64,000 nucleotides of DNA. Origin: an uncultured delta proteobacterium (GTDB lineage Bacteria; Desulfobacterota; BSN033; UBA1163). The notes under the pieces are model-generated. The model searched no databases. It was not told the DNA's origin and saw only the letters and a list, made by a program, of their open reading frames with translations. Below are positions 42,088-51,788 of this stretch, piece by piece; positions within the stretch are counted from its first letter, which is position 1; the number at the start of each line of letters is the position of its first letter. A program made the position numbers and the translations under genes. The DNA lies in the NCBI GenBank assembly GCA_963708295.1, contig CAVPSJ010000016.1, positions 64,001-128,000 of the forward strand. Direction: 5' to 3'.

Positions 42088-42612
42088 ATGAACATGATAC
42101 GCAGATGCACTGAACGAGACCTTTCTGAGATGTACGAAATCATCAATGACGCGGCACACGCGTACAAAGGGGTGATCCCTGAGGACCGGTGGCATGAGCC
42201 ATACATGCCGATCGAAGAATTGAAGCATGAGATAGACGACGGCGTCGAATTCTGGGGGTACGAGGAAGCAGGACACCTGATGGGCGTCATGGGACTTCAA
42301 GACAAAGGCGATGTTTATCTCATAAGACATGCCTATGTGTTCAGAAACAGTCAATACCATGGCATTGGAACGAAACTGCTCCGCCATCTCGAACAGATGA
42401 CCGACAAGCCGATCCTGATCGGCACGTGGGCGGATGCAGCCTGGGCCGTTCGATTTTACGAGAAGAACGGGTATCGCCTTCTCGCTCGTCCGGAGATAGA
42501 GCGACTGCTGAAGAAGTACTGGAAGATCCCGGAGAGACAGGTGGTCACCTCCGTCGTTCTGGCAAATCCGAGATGGAAGGGGGAAACAAAGAATCGAGAT
42601 AACGCCCAATAA
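42088..42612 (+). CDS. GNAT-family N-acetyltransferase
   Basis: AGGAG RBS; LIRHAYV...Q.HGIG.KLL, AVRFYEKNGY. Confidence 0.9.
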   Translation: MNMIRRCTERDLSEMYEIINDAAHAYKGVIPEDRWHEPYMPIEELKHEIDDGVEFWGYEEAGHLMGVMGLQDKGDVYLIRHAYVFRNSQYHGIGTKLLRHLEQMTDKPILIGTWADAAWAVRFYEKNGYRLLARPEIERLLKKYWKIPERQVVTSVVLANPRWKGETKNRDNAQ

Positions 42613-42617
42613 TCAAA

Positions 42618-43226
42618 TCATATGGACGACAGAAGGGCAACCTTTGCGCAATCCTCCACTAAATCCGCGATGTAGTAGGCGCTGGCAAGATCAGGTCCCA
42701 TGCCAATAGTGCCGTGGCCCTTCAAGAGTAAAGCCTTCACCTCCATATTTTGCCTGGCCGCCTCTGAGACGTAATCACACAATTCCTTCGTACCCATCAA
42801 GGCAAATTCGACAATCGGAACCTTTACCAGATTGACCATTCCAGGAGCGGTCAGAAGGGGAAAGGGTTTATCCTTCAGGGATAAGGCAGTGGAAAAGGGT
42901 GGGTGAACATGGGCAATCGCCATCACATCATTTCTTATACGGTAGATGGAGGTGTGGAAAGGGGTCTCTTTGGATGGCTTCAAATTCTTTTTGCCTTTTA
43001 AGAGATTGCCTTGGATGTCGACTTCGATAATAATGTCCGGCGTGATATCCCTCAGGGAGATCCCGCTGGGAGTGATCAACACGTGTTCGGTCCCGGGGAT
43101 CCGGATGCTGAGATTCCCGCCTCTCGCTGCGACCAATCCCCGGTCGTAAGAAAGGCGTGAGAATTGAGCCAGGTCTTTTCTATACGCGTTGATTTTGTCC
43201 TTTTGATATTTCAATGTCTTTGCCAT
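42618..43226 (-). CDS. Class II aldolase/adducin (FucA-like) family protein
   Basis: GGNLS.R, ITPSG, PSKE..FH..IY, AIAHVHP, L.GHG. Confidence 0.92.
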   Translation of the reverse strand: MAKTLKYQKDKINAYRKDLAQFSRLSYDRGLVAARGGNLSIRIPGTEHVLITPSGISLRDITPDIIIEVDIQGNLLKGKKNLKPSKETPFHTSIYRIRNDVMAIAHVHPPFSTALSLKDKPFPLLTAPGMVNLVKVPIVEFALMGTKELCDYVSEAARQNMEVKALLLKGHGTIGMGPDLASAYYIADLVEDCAKVALLSSI

Positions 43227-43272
43227 ATCAACTCCTCACACAATATTTGAGTTGAGCCGTTAGTTGCTTATT

Positions 43273-43335
43273 TGTCATTCTGAACTTGGTTCAGAATCTC
43301 CGATGAGTAGACCCTGAAACAAGTTCAGGGTGACA
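43273..43335. repeat. Palindromic element TGTCATTCTGAACTTG...CAAGTTCAGGGTGACA
   Basis: Imperfect 16 bp inverted ends with internal hairpins. Confidence 0.65.
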
Positions 43336-43393
43336 TTTAGGCCCGGTGGCTCCTCCTAAAATTTTAATGCCCGTTCAGGCAAAACGAGGCAAT

Positions 43394-44920
43394 CTATTCT
43401 AATATGACTGTCCTGTCTTTTTCTTTTTTGCCCCTTATCTTCGGCAGGATATACTGGTAGAAGACGATCACGACAATAAAAAGGATAAGGGCAATGCTGA
43501 CCCCGCGAGTAAAGAATGGAGCAAGCGAACCCTTGCCAGCCATTAAAGCCCGCCGAAATTGAACATCTAACAGGTCCCCTCCAAGAATCAAACCCAATAC
43601 CAAAGGAGACACGGGGAAACCAAGAGCACTCATGATAGTCCCAAGCACTCCAAAAAAGAATGCAAGGAAGATGTCGTTGATGTTGATGTTTGCGGCATAA
43701 GAGCCCAAAACACAAAGGACAGCAACAATGGCAGCCATGGCGGTTCTGGGTGTATTCACAAACATGCGAACCAGGCCTTTCCCGGCATAGGTGCCGATGA
43801 TCACAAACAATATCCCTGCCAGAAAAAGAGCGACTGCAATCTCATAAAGCCAATGGGCATTCGTCAGCAGGAAGGTCGGCCCGGGCCGAACCCCATGAAT
43901 CATCAGAATACCTAACATGATGGCGGTTGGAGCATCTCCTGGAACAGACAACGATAAAACGGGGGCGTAAGCTCCAGGGACGTTCGCCATGTTACAGGTT
44001 TCGCTTCCTATCAAACCCTCGATGCTTCCCTTCCCAAACTTCTCAGGTTCTTTGCTTGTGCTCCTGGCATGATCATAACCCACCCAACAGGAGACGTTGG
44101 CTCCGATTCCAGGGGCCACACCAATGATATATCCTAAGATCGAAGTCCTTACACTGAGCCAGCGATATTTCCACCACAGTTTGGCGGCTCCGATCAGAGA
44201 AGTTTTCTTTAAGGGAAAGCTTTTTACGCTGATATCCGTCAGACCCGAAAAGACTTCGGTAAAACCATATAAACCGATCATGGCTGGAATGAGCGGGATG
44301 CCTCCTACGAGATAAGTCGTGCCGAAGGCAAAGCGTGGAGAACCATCAATGGGATCAAGGCCAACGCATCCTAAAATAAGACCCACTGTGGCTGCGATCA
44401 ATCCCTTGATGGTGTCCCCTTCGGATAGGTTGGCGGCGATGAAGACCCCAAATACCCCAAACCAGAACATCTCCCAGGGACCGAACATCATGGATAGCTT
44501 TACGAAGAATGGCATGGTAAGGAGAAGCAGAACCAGACCCAAATTGTTGCCCATGAAACTCGCAAAAACATTAATGCCGAGAGCGACCTCCGCTTCTCCT
44601 TTCTTGGTGAGCTGATAACCTTCGATCGCGGTGGGTGCTGAGGCTGGCGTGCCCGGAATATTGAGTACGGTGGCAGAGATGCTTCCTCCGTACGTTCCAC
44701 CTAATTGGGTTGCGGATAGCATGATGATGGCCCAAAGAGGGTCCATTTTATACGTTACGACAGCCAGCAATGCTACGGTCATCGTGGTGGAAACCCCGGG
44801 CAAGGCCCCACCCAGAATGCCGACGGCCACACCCATCGTGATCAGAAATAACCCGTAAGGGGTCGACAGGTCCCAAAAGGCCTTAGCCAAACCCGTCAGC
44901 ATCTGTGTCCAATCCATCAC
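43394..44920 (-). CDS. TctA-family permease
   Basis: GALPGVS, YGGSI.A..LNIPGTP, GSET.N.A, PGD, HGVRPGP. Confidence 0.93.
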   Translation of the reverse strand: MMDWTQMLTGLAKAFWDLSTPYGLFLITMGVAVGILGGALPGVSTTMTVALLAVVTYKMDPLWAIIMLSATQLGGTYGGSISATVLNIPGTPASAPTAIEGYQLTKKGEAEVALGINVFASFMGNNLGLVLLLLTMPFFVKLSMMFGPWEMFWFGVFGVFIAANLSEGDTIKGLIAATVGLILGCVGLDPIDGSPRFAFGTTYLVGGIPLIPAMIGLYGFTEVFSGLTDISVKSFPLKKTSLIGAAKLWWKYRWLSVRTSILGYIIGVAPGIGANVSCWVGYDHARSTSKEPEKFGKGSIEGLIGSETCNMANVPGAYAPVLSLSVPGDAPTAIMLGILMIHGVRPGPTFLLTNAHWLYEIAVALFLAGILFVIIGTYAGKGLVRMFVNTPRTAMAAIVAVLCVLGSYAANININDIFLAFFFGVLGTIMSALGFPVSPLVLGLILGGDLLDVQFRRALMAGKGSLAPFFTRGVSIALILFIVVIVFYQYILPKIRGKKEKDRTVILE

Positions 44921-44943
44921 TCGATCTCTCTCTAATCCGTTTA

Positions 44944-45029
44944 CCCCGTTAGAAAGCCCCGCTGCTTACAATGGGGGTATATCCGTAGAGCTTCAATGCA
45001 CCGGCAAAGCTCCGTCTTTTCTAACGGGG
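44944..45029. repeat. Short element with 12 bp inverted ends CCCCGTTAGAAA / TTTCTAACGGGG
   Basis: Perfect inverted ends between tctB and tctA. Confidence 0.65.
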
Positions 45030-45030
45030 C

Positions 45031-45501
45031 TTACCAAATCTGTAACATAAATAATTTATTGAAAATGAGATACAGGCAAACCGTGATGCCGATTGATACA
45101 GGCAGGAAAAACCATCGCCGCCACCTCTTCACGTAGGCATAAAACATAATAGTCATAAACAGAGCACTCGATATGTAGAAACCAATCAGTGGAATGGCAA
45201 CGAAAGCATAGATGGCCGGGAAGAGAATACCCAGAATAAGCGGTCTGTTTTCCTTCGAGGCAAATAAGGGTACGAAGGAACGGAAGAGCTCGTCAAGCTT
45301 GATTCTCCCACCCCGACTCAACGATCTGATCGCATAGGCAACCCCGAAGAAAAAGAGAATAACGCTCATGAGTCCCGGGAAGACCGCGGGACTCTCAATG
45401 AGGTCTCCACGCATAGGCATCCTCATGGAAGCCGAGAAGATGAAAATAGCCAATGCTACGACAAAACAGGCGATGAGAAAATCTCGATCATGCTTGGACA
45501 T
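45031..45501 (-). CDS. TctB-family membrane subunit
   Basis: SPAVFP, IGFYIS, YLIF.KL; lies between tctC and tctA. Confidence 0.85.
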   Translation of the reverse strand: MSKHDRDFLIACFVVALAIFIFSASMRMPMRGDLIESPAVFPGLMSVILFFFGVAYAIRSLSRGGRIKLDELFRSFVPLFASKENRPLILGILFPAIYAFVAIPLIGFYISSALFMTIMFYAYVKRWRRWFFLPVSIGITVCLYLIFNKLFMLQIW

Positions 45502-45515
45502 CTTCTACTCCATTT

Positions 45516-45672
45516 CAGGCTGCTGAAAAACGCCCATCTGCAGCGTTCCCTCTGCCTATTGGTTGACAGGCAGGTCCTTCATCGTTGCAGCGTACACAAA
45601 AGTACGCCTCACTCTTCAGGATTTCGGGCGCCTTGCATCTGGGCATTTTTGATCAGCCTGGGAAAATGACTT
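45516..45672. mobile_element. MITE family A, copy 2 (short)
   Basis: CAGGCTGCTGAAAAACGCCC ... GCCTTGCATCTGGGCATTTTTGATCAGCCTG. Confidence 0.75.
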
Positions 45673-45737
45673 CAAGCCTCGAGCCCTTACCCCTTGAGTC
45701 CTCGGTCTTTCGACCTTCTCGAGACAAGATGCGGGTT

Positions 45738-46766
45738 CTATTTCCCTGGCCTCGGGATTCCAAGCTCTTGAGGGTTCTTTTTTGCTTCCTTAATATCATA
45801 AAGGAGCCAGGCCTGAACCTGTGTCTGATTTTCCCAGACTTTATCCGCATCTGCGCCCACTGTGCCATTCAGAGGCAACAAGGTCTTTTTACCAAAATTC
45901 TTTACGGCATCGCTCGCCATGGCGATCTTAAACGCATCGATCAATTTCTTGATTCGGTCTTCGGGAATCCCTTTTGCATAACCTAAAGCCCGAAATCCCT
46001 TTCCGGCGGACAGTTTGTCCTTCATTTGAGGGACAAATTGAGTGATCGGTGGGATCACACCGAACCCTTCCAGGTTAAAGGGTTTATCATCGAAGACGAA
46101 GATGGGACGCACCATCTTCGAGTTGATGACCGTGAGGGCCTCGGATAGATCGCTGGTTCCAAAGTCGACCTCTTTCTTGGCAACCGCCATGGCTGAAGGA
46201 GCCCCGCCTTCATACGGGACGGCCTTAAATTTTCCGCCAAGGGTATTCATGACGATGAGCTGGGGGACATGCCACATCCCACCGATACCACTGTTCGACC
46301 CTGTGAGATCTCCCTTTTTGAACCCCTCGATCAAATCCTTTGGGGTTTTGATAGGAGAATCCCAGGGTACGGAAAAGGTGGGGAGGGTGTCAAAGACAAG
46401 GCCAATCATCCCAAATTCTTTATAGGTCAGTTTTGATAGGCCTGTTGCAGGGAAGGTCGAAACCGCGCTGCTGATCCCGAAGAGGGTATAGCCGTCTTTG
46501 GGCTGCTTGTAGACATGATCCATCGCAATCGCTGAGTTCGCTCCAGTCATATTGACCACCGGCATGGCGACGCCGAGTGTTTTCCTCATCTCTTCCGAAA
46601 GGATCCGTCCCATCATGTCCATCCCGCCGCCCGGTGCGTATCCGATATAGATTGTGATAGGCCGGGTGGGCCATTTCTCCTCCGCTGCAAAGGACGACGT
46701 TGAAATAAACAGAACACTGAGAATCGCTAATCCGATGACCCTCTTGAAGATCTCGCTTGCTTTCAT
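45738..46766 (-). CDS. TctC/Bug substrate-binding protein
   Basis: Signal peptide, WPTRPI...APGGGMD, DGYTL, VPYEGG. Confidence 0.92.
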   Translation of the reverse strand: MKASEIFKRVIGLAILSVLFISTSSFAAEEKWPTRPITIYIGYAPGGGMDMMGRILSEEMRKTLGVAMPVVNMTGANSAIAMDHVYKQPKDGYTLFGISSAVSTFPATGLSKLTYKEFGMIGLVFDTLPTFSVPWDSPIKTPKDLIEGFKKGDLTGSNSGIGGMWHVPQLIVMNTLGGKFKAVPYEGGAPSAMAVAKKEVDFGTSDLSEALTVINSKMVRPIFVFDDKPFNLEGFGVIPPITQFVPQMKDKLSAGKGFRALGYAKGIPEDRIKKLIDAFKIAMASDAVKNFGKKTLLPLNGTVGADADKVWENQTQVQAWLLYDIKEAKKNPQELGIPRPGK

Positions 46767-46866
46767 CTCTTTCTCCCTTCTTGATAAGTAGAATAATCAA
46801 ATTGCCACTGCGAGCCAAAAGTGCTGTTTCACTCCTCGCAATGAGGATTATTTAGAGCTGTGGGTG

Positions 46867-47277
46867 TTATTTCACCCAGGGGTCCTCCATGTAAACCGTC
46901 CCGGCAGCCTTCTTGCTCGAGCAGTTTCCGTAAGTGAAGATGAGCTCTGCGGTTTCGGTGTTGCTCATGTTGAGTAAGCCGTGAATTCCTCCTGCCGGAG
47001 AAAAGACGATGTGGTTCTCGGGGACGATGTATTCTTTCTTCTCCTCACCGATGAAGACTTTGATGGTTCCTTTTCTCACAAAAAAAGCGGCATCACAGTT
47101 GGCATGGTAATGGCGCTGATTCCTTCCGCCCGGGGGAATGATGGTCCTCCCCATGGTGATTGTCTTTGTTCCGGTGGTGGATTCATCGATTCCCCATGCA
47201 ATCATCAGGGGAGGCTCATATTTTACGTCCTTGTCCACCTGATCGGTATTGATGATTCTCGGTTCAAGCTTCGCCAT
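46867..47277 (-). CDS. Cupin-domain protein
   Basis: PPGG...HYH, F.PAG.IHG..N. Confidence 0.85.
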   Translation of the reverse strand: MAKLEPRIINTDQVDKDVKYEPPLMIAWGIDESTTGTKTITMGRTIIPPGGRNQRHYHANCDAAFFVRKGTIKVFIGEEKKEYIVPENHIVFSPAGGIHGLLNMSNTETAELIFTYGNCSSKKAAGTVYMEDPWVK

Positions 47278-47329
47278 CGTGTATTCCTCCTCTTCAGGGT
47301 ATTAGAAATTGAAGAACAATGAAATTCTG

Positions 47330-48829
47330 TCAGCTCGATTGAATGATACCTTTCCGTCTCCAAAGTCGTTTTAAGATTGGAGTCAGCATTAAAAATGCTG
47401 CAACGCACAACAGGGCCGCTGAGATGGGCTTCTGGATAAATAGGGAAGGATCTCCTCCGGAGGAGATCAACGACTGTTGCAGGGACCTTTCAAGGATGGG
47501 ACCCAGAATCATTGCCAGGATTAATGGAGCAGGCGGAAAGCCTCCTTTGCGCATCAGATATCCCATGACTCCGAAAGCCACCATGGTCCCAACATCAAAG
47601 ACGGCACTCTTTACACTGTAGGCGCCGATGACACAGACGATGACTACGACGACCGCCAGGAAGTGGTAGGGAACTCTCAGGAGACGAACCCACAGGCCGA
47701 TCAGAGGCAGATTCAGTGCTAAAAGCATGATATTGCCGATATACATGGAAGCGATCACCCCCCAGAACAGATTCGGATACTCCTGAAGGAGCAGGGGGCC
47801 TGGTCGTATTCCATGGATCATGAGGGCGACAAAAATCATCGCGATCGTCGCATTTCCTGGTATCCCTAACGTAAGAAGGGGGATGAAGGAGGATGTGGAG
47901 GCTGCGTTGTTGGCTGCCTCCGGTGCGGCGACTCCCTCGATCGCTCCTTTGCCAAATTGTTCTGGGTGTTTGGAAATTCTTTTTTCGACGGCATAGGATA
48001 CGAAGGAACTGATGATGGCGCCGCCGCCCGGAAGGACTCCAATGAAAAAACCAAGGAAAGACCCCCTGAGCACCGACGCCCAACACCTTCGCCAATCCTC
48101 CCTTGTGGGAAGGAGTCCTTTAAAAGAAGTCTTGAAAACATCTCTGATCTCGGGAGCCTCAAGGTTGATGAGTACTTCTGAGATTCCAAAAAGCCCCATG
48201 GCCACGACGACAAAATCAAACCCGTCCAGCAAACGAGAGACGCCGAAGGTAAACCGGGTCGCACCATGGACTGGATCAATCCCCACGGTGCCAAGCAAAA
48301 GCCCAAGGGCTGCCATGGCAAGCCCCTTCACAATGGACTCTTCAGAGAGATAGACGGCCATCATCAAGCCGAGGAGGACCAATGAGAAATACTCCGGCGG
48401 TCCAAACTTGAGTGCGAAGGAAGCGAGGGAAGGCGCTACCAGTGACATGCCGAAAACACTGATGGTCCCGGCAACAAAGGAACCTATCGCCGATATGCCT
48501 AACGCAGGGCCAGCCCGTCCTTGCCTTGCCATCTTATAGCCATCGAGACACGTTACGACAGAAGCTGCTTCGCCAGGGATGTTCAGGAGGATGGACGTGG
48601 TTGACCCGCCATACATGGCCCCATAAAAAATCCCTGCGAGCATGATGGTCGCAGAAGCAGGGTCCATTTTGTAAGTTACAGGAAGGAGTAGAGCCACCGT
48701 GGCTGGAGGGCCTAAGCCCGGCAATACACCGATCGCTGTTCCGATGACTGCGCCTATGGCTGCAAAAAAGAGGTTCCACGGGCTCAATGCCACGGAGAAG
48801 CCTTGAATCAGACTGACGAGAAAATCCAT
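47330..48829 (-). CDS. TctA-family permease
   Basis: GVLPGLGP, YGGSTTSILLNIPGE, APEAANNA, LGIPG. Confidence 0.95.
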   Translation of the reverse strand: MDFLVSLIQGFSVALSPWNLFFAAIGAVIGTAIGVLPGLGPPATVALLLPVTYKMDPASATIMLAGIFYGAMYGGSTTSILLNIPGEAASVVTCLDGYKMARQGRAGPALGISAIGSFVAGTISVFGMSLVAPSLASFALKFGPPEYFSLVLLGLMMAVYLSEESIVKGLAMAALGLLLGTVGIDPVHGATRFTFGVSRLLDGFDFVVVAMGLFGISEVLINLEAPEIRDVFKTSFKGLLPTREDWRRCWASVLRGSFLGFFIGVLPGGGAIISSFVSYAVEKRISKHPEQFGKGAIEGVAAPEAANNAASTSSFIPLLTLGIPGNATIAMIFVALMIHGIRPGPLLLQEYPNLFWGVIASMYIGNIMLLALNLPLIGLWVRLLRVPYHFLAVVVVIVCVIGAYSVKSAVFDVGTMVAFGVMGYLMRKGGFPPAPLILAMILGPILERSLQQSLISSGGDPSLFIQKPISAALLCVAAFLMLTPILKRLWRRKGIIQSS

Positions 48830-48844
48830 CCCTTGTCTCCTATT

Positions 48845-49300
48845 TCACAGACCCAGCCGGACTAAGATGCCCACAGGGAGCTCAATCCCCAGAAGTTTGT
48901 CGAAGAGGATGTAGGTCCCGATGGATAGGCAAAGGCTTGTGAGGAGAAGTACCCGCCACGACTTCACATTCAAGATGCGCAGGATGAGACCAGATGCGAT
49001 GAAGGTACCGATAACATACCCGAGGCGGTCTAAGACCCCCACCAATACAATCATTACGACAAGCAAGAGAGCGGGGCGTCCGACATCCCCAAAGACCACT
49101 TTCTTCTGACCCTGTCCGGTCCGTCCCTTGAGAAAAATAATGGCCGAAAAAACGATGAGGGAGAGACCCCCCAGGAAAGGGAAGAAGCCAGGCTGAGGCT
49201 CCGTCGGTGAACCCACTTTGAGGCGAATCGCTCCGATGACGGCTCCCACACCCAGCAAGAAGAGGAAGAGGCTTCCCGCCGCGTCGCTTCGATTTTTCAT
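48845..49300 (-). CDS. TctB-family membrane subunit
   Basis: PQPGFFP, LGY, F.KLLGIELPVG. Confidence 0.9.
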   Translation of the reverse strand: MKNRSDAAGSLFLFLLGVGAVIGAIRLKVGSPTEPQPGFFPFLGGLSLIVFSAIIFLKGRTGQGQKKVVFGDVGRPALLLVVMIVLVGVLDRLGYVIGTFIASGLILRILNVKSWRVLLLTSLCLSIGTYILFDKLLGIELPVGILVRLGL

Positions 49301-49317
49301 AGGGACTCCGGAAGGGG

Positions 49318-50292
49318 TCAATTGGTTTTCTTGAAAACTTTCCCGAGCTCCTTATGAGCTTCGTACTCTTCTCGCCAGAATTTCGCGAGTTCGTCCGGGC
49401 CCAGGTAATGGAAATTATCCCCCAGCTTCTTGATCATTGCGATGGACGAGGGGTCCTCCAACATCTTCTTAAAGGCGGAAGCCAGCTTGTCGATGACCGG
49501 GCGGGGCGTGGTTTTCGGAGCCATGATTCCCTTCCACAGAAGATTTACGACGTCGACCCCCTCTTCTCGGAGCGTCGGGACATCGGGCAGATCGGGATCT
49601 CGCTTCGTGTCTGAAATGGATAAAGCCCGGAGCTTTCCTGCCTTAATGTGGGGTGTGCTCTGGGTGGGAGCCAAGCAACTGACATCAATGTGGCCTCCCA
49701 GGAGCCCAACCATCGCTTCCGCACCACCGTCATAGGGTATGATTTTTGCTGTAATCCCGGCCTTCAGTTGAATCTGTTTCCACAAAAGGTCAGGCCCTCC
49801 CCAGATGCCCGCATGACCAAATTTTAACTGGCCGGGATGGGCCTTGGCATACTGGATTAACTCTTTAAGTGTTTTGTAAGGGGCATTCGCCGGGACGAGT
49901 GTTAACATGGCCGAGTAGTTGATCCGACACACCGCCGCGAGATCATCCGGCCCTCTCGATCGCCCCTCAATAGCCGGCAGGGTCGTGTTGGGGCCGGGTC
50001 CACCCATCAACAGCGTATAGCCGTCGGGAGCCGCCTTTGCGACGATATCCGAAGCAATAGCTCCTCCTCCTCCGGGCTTGAGCTGGATGATGACGGGTTG
50101 TCCGAGAGCTTCCGGCGCGGCACCGACAAAGGCCCGTGCCGTCAGATCACTTGCTCCTCCAGGGCCAAATGGGATGATCAAGGTAATTGATTTGGTTGGA
50201 AACTCCTGGGCATGGGTGACTTGAAACCAGACGAGGGGAACCGCTAGCAGAACCAAGAAAAACAATCCTCCCTTTCCGCATTGCTTTTTCAT
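49318..50292 (-). CDS. TctC/Bug substrate-binding protein
   Basis: FPTKSI..IIPFGPGGASD, PDGYTL; close paralog of 20982-21953. Confidence 0.93.
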   Translation of the reverse strand: MKKQCGKGGLFFLVLLAVPLVWFQVTHAQEFPTKSITLIIPFGPGGASDLTARAFVGAAPEALGQPVIIQLKPGGGGAIASDIVAKAAPDGYTLLMGGPGPNTTLPAIEGRSRGPDDLAAVCRINYSAMLTLVPANAPYKTLKELIQYAKAHPGQLKFGHAGIWGGPDLLWKQIQLKAGITAKIIPYDGGAEAMVGLLGGHIDVSCLAPTQSTPHIKAGKLRALSISDTKRDPDLPDVPTLREEGVDVVNLLWKGIMAPKTTPRPVIDKLASAFKKMLEDPSSIAMIKKLGDNFHYLGPDELAKFWREEYEAHKELGKVFKKTN

Positions 50293-50429
50293 AAATCCTC
50301 TCCCTTCCCATCCTGCCTTTTCAGCATGATGCTTAAGCTTCGTCTCTACTGTAGGAGTGTCTACGTCATACAAACGGGGTTGTTCTTTTTCCGGTGTCCC
50401 TGAATGATCTCCTGAAATCCCTATTTTAT

Positions 50430-51557
50430 TTATCGATAAAACTCCTCCAAGTCAATAGGGAGCTTTAGGGCCAAACCCCGTTCTGCCGACAGATCCATGG
50501 CCATGGTCAAAACAAGATTCCGGTGTCCGTCTTCTGCAGTGGCGTGAGGGGTTTCAAGTCCTGTATAGAGGCGCGAAAACCAGGCATTGGTTTCTTCCCG
50601 GATCGGTCCCCAGGTCTGGTTGAAGGCGACGTCTCCGGGCGGGTAGCTGGTGAGAAAGTCGACATGACGCTCAAAATCGGGTTTGTAGCCCTCGGGTCTA
50701 TACCCCGCCCATTGAGGGAGTTCGGAAGCGATTACTACGTCACGATGGGTATCCTCAATGTCGATCACCCCTTTCGTCCCTACGATTCCGACCTCGATTC
50801 CGTAAACAGCTCCCGGCCAAACAATGGGCAAAGCCCAGCTGATATTCATGCTCCAAAGCGTACCGTCTTTGAAGGTGAATATGGCGAAGGTGGAATCCTT
50901 GGTTCCCCATTTCCCGAGCGCTTTATCGACGGCGCGTGCGTAGACTTCGACCGGTTCCTTCCCTTCCAGCATCCACATCATCAGATCGAGGCTGTGTGTG
51001 CCGGACACGACCATCGGTGTCAAATGCTTCCGATCCTCGGTCCGGCGGACGGTCGCCATGGGAACCATCCGGTTCATGAAGGCTCGAGTGACGACAGAGG
51101 TGACTTCACCGATCTGGCCCGTTCTGATTTTCTCCTTGACTGTCAGAAAGCGGCGTCGGAACCGATTGGTGTAGCCGATCACGGCATCCACACCGCTTGC
51201 CCTGATCGCATTCAACACCTTCAACGAATCCTTCGCGTCCGTGGCCAATGGCTTTTCGATCAGCAAGTCATGTCCCCGCTCCACGGCGGCCAACGTAGGG
51301 GCGACATGGTTATTCTCATCCGTCGAGATGATGGTCGCGGTGATTTCAGGCCGCCTGAGAAGTTCTTTGTAGTCGGTGGTGAAAAAATCAGCTTTTGTAT
51401 CCTCAGCGAGTTGTCTCACAAGATTCTCTTTGACATCACATACCCCGAGCCATGCCACTCCAGGGTAATTTCGAGCATAGAGCGCGCGGAGACGGCCGAT
51501 GGTTCCGCACCCGACGATGGCCAATCCGATCTCCTTTTTCTTTCCCTCTTTCTTCAT
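50430..51557 (-). CDS. Gfo/Idh/MocA oxidoreductase
   Basis: VGCGTIG, LIEKPLA, SGTHSLD. Confidence 0.9.
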   Translation of the reverse strand: MKKEGKKKEIGLAIVGCGTIGRLRALYARNYPGVAWLGVCDVKENLVRQLAEDTKADFFTTDYKELLRRPEITATIISTDENNHVAPTLAAVERGHDLLIEKPLATDAKDSLKVLNAIRASGVDAVIGYTNRFRRRFLTVKEKIRTGQIGEVTSVVTRAFMNRMVPMATVRRTEDRKHLTPMVVSGTHSLDLMMWMLEGKEPVEVYARAVDKALGKWGTKDSTFAIFTFKDGTLWSMNISWALPIVWPGAVYGIEVGIVGTKGVIDIEDTHRDVVIASELPQWAGYRPEGYKPDFERHVDFLTSYPPGDVAFNQTWGPIREETNAWFSRLYTGLETPHATAEDGHRNLVLTMAMDLSAERGLALKLPIDLEEFYR

Positions 51558-51627
51558 CCTGCCCCCCTAGTCTTAACTTACTAATGAGGCCATAATTGAG
51601 AAGACATATTGACACTGCTCCGACAAA

Positions 51628-51718
51628 TCCCCATCCCCCTCCTGACCTCCCCCTTGAAGGGGGAGGAACATAACGATTTCCCTCCCCTTCAGGGGGAGGG
51701 AAGGGTGGGGGTGGGGTT
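51628..51718. repeat. C/G-rich palindromic repeat, same family as 37600-37724
   Basis: Sequence identity; flanked by CCATAATTGA (51590) / TCAATTATGG (51733) inverted repeat. Confidence 0.8.
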
Positions 51719-51788
51719 AATCAGATGGCTATTCAATTATGGACCGATTAATAATTTATCGATTCATTGAAACATCAATGTTTCAGAA

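Noticed and set aside
41437-42609. 390 aa minus-strand ORF
   Set aside because: Antisense shadow of the HPP and GNAT genes, with no recognisable motifs
50523-51584. 353 aa plus-strand ORF
   Set aside because: Antisense shadow of the Gfo/Idh/MocA gene
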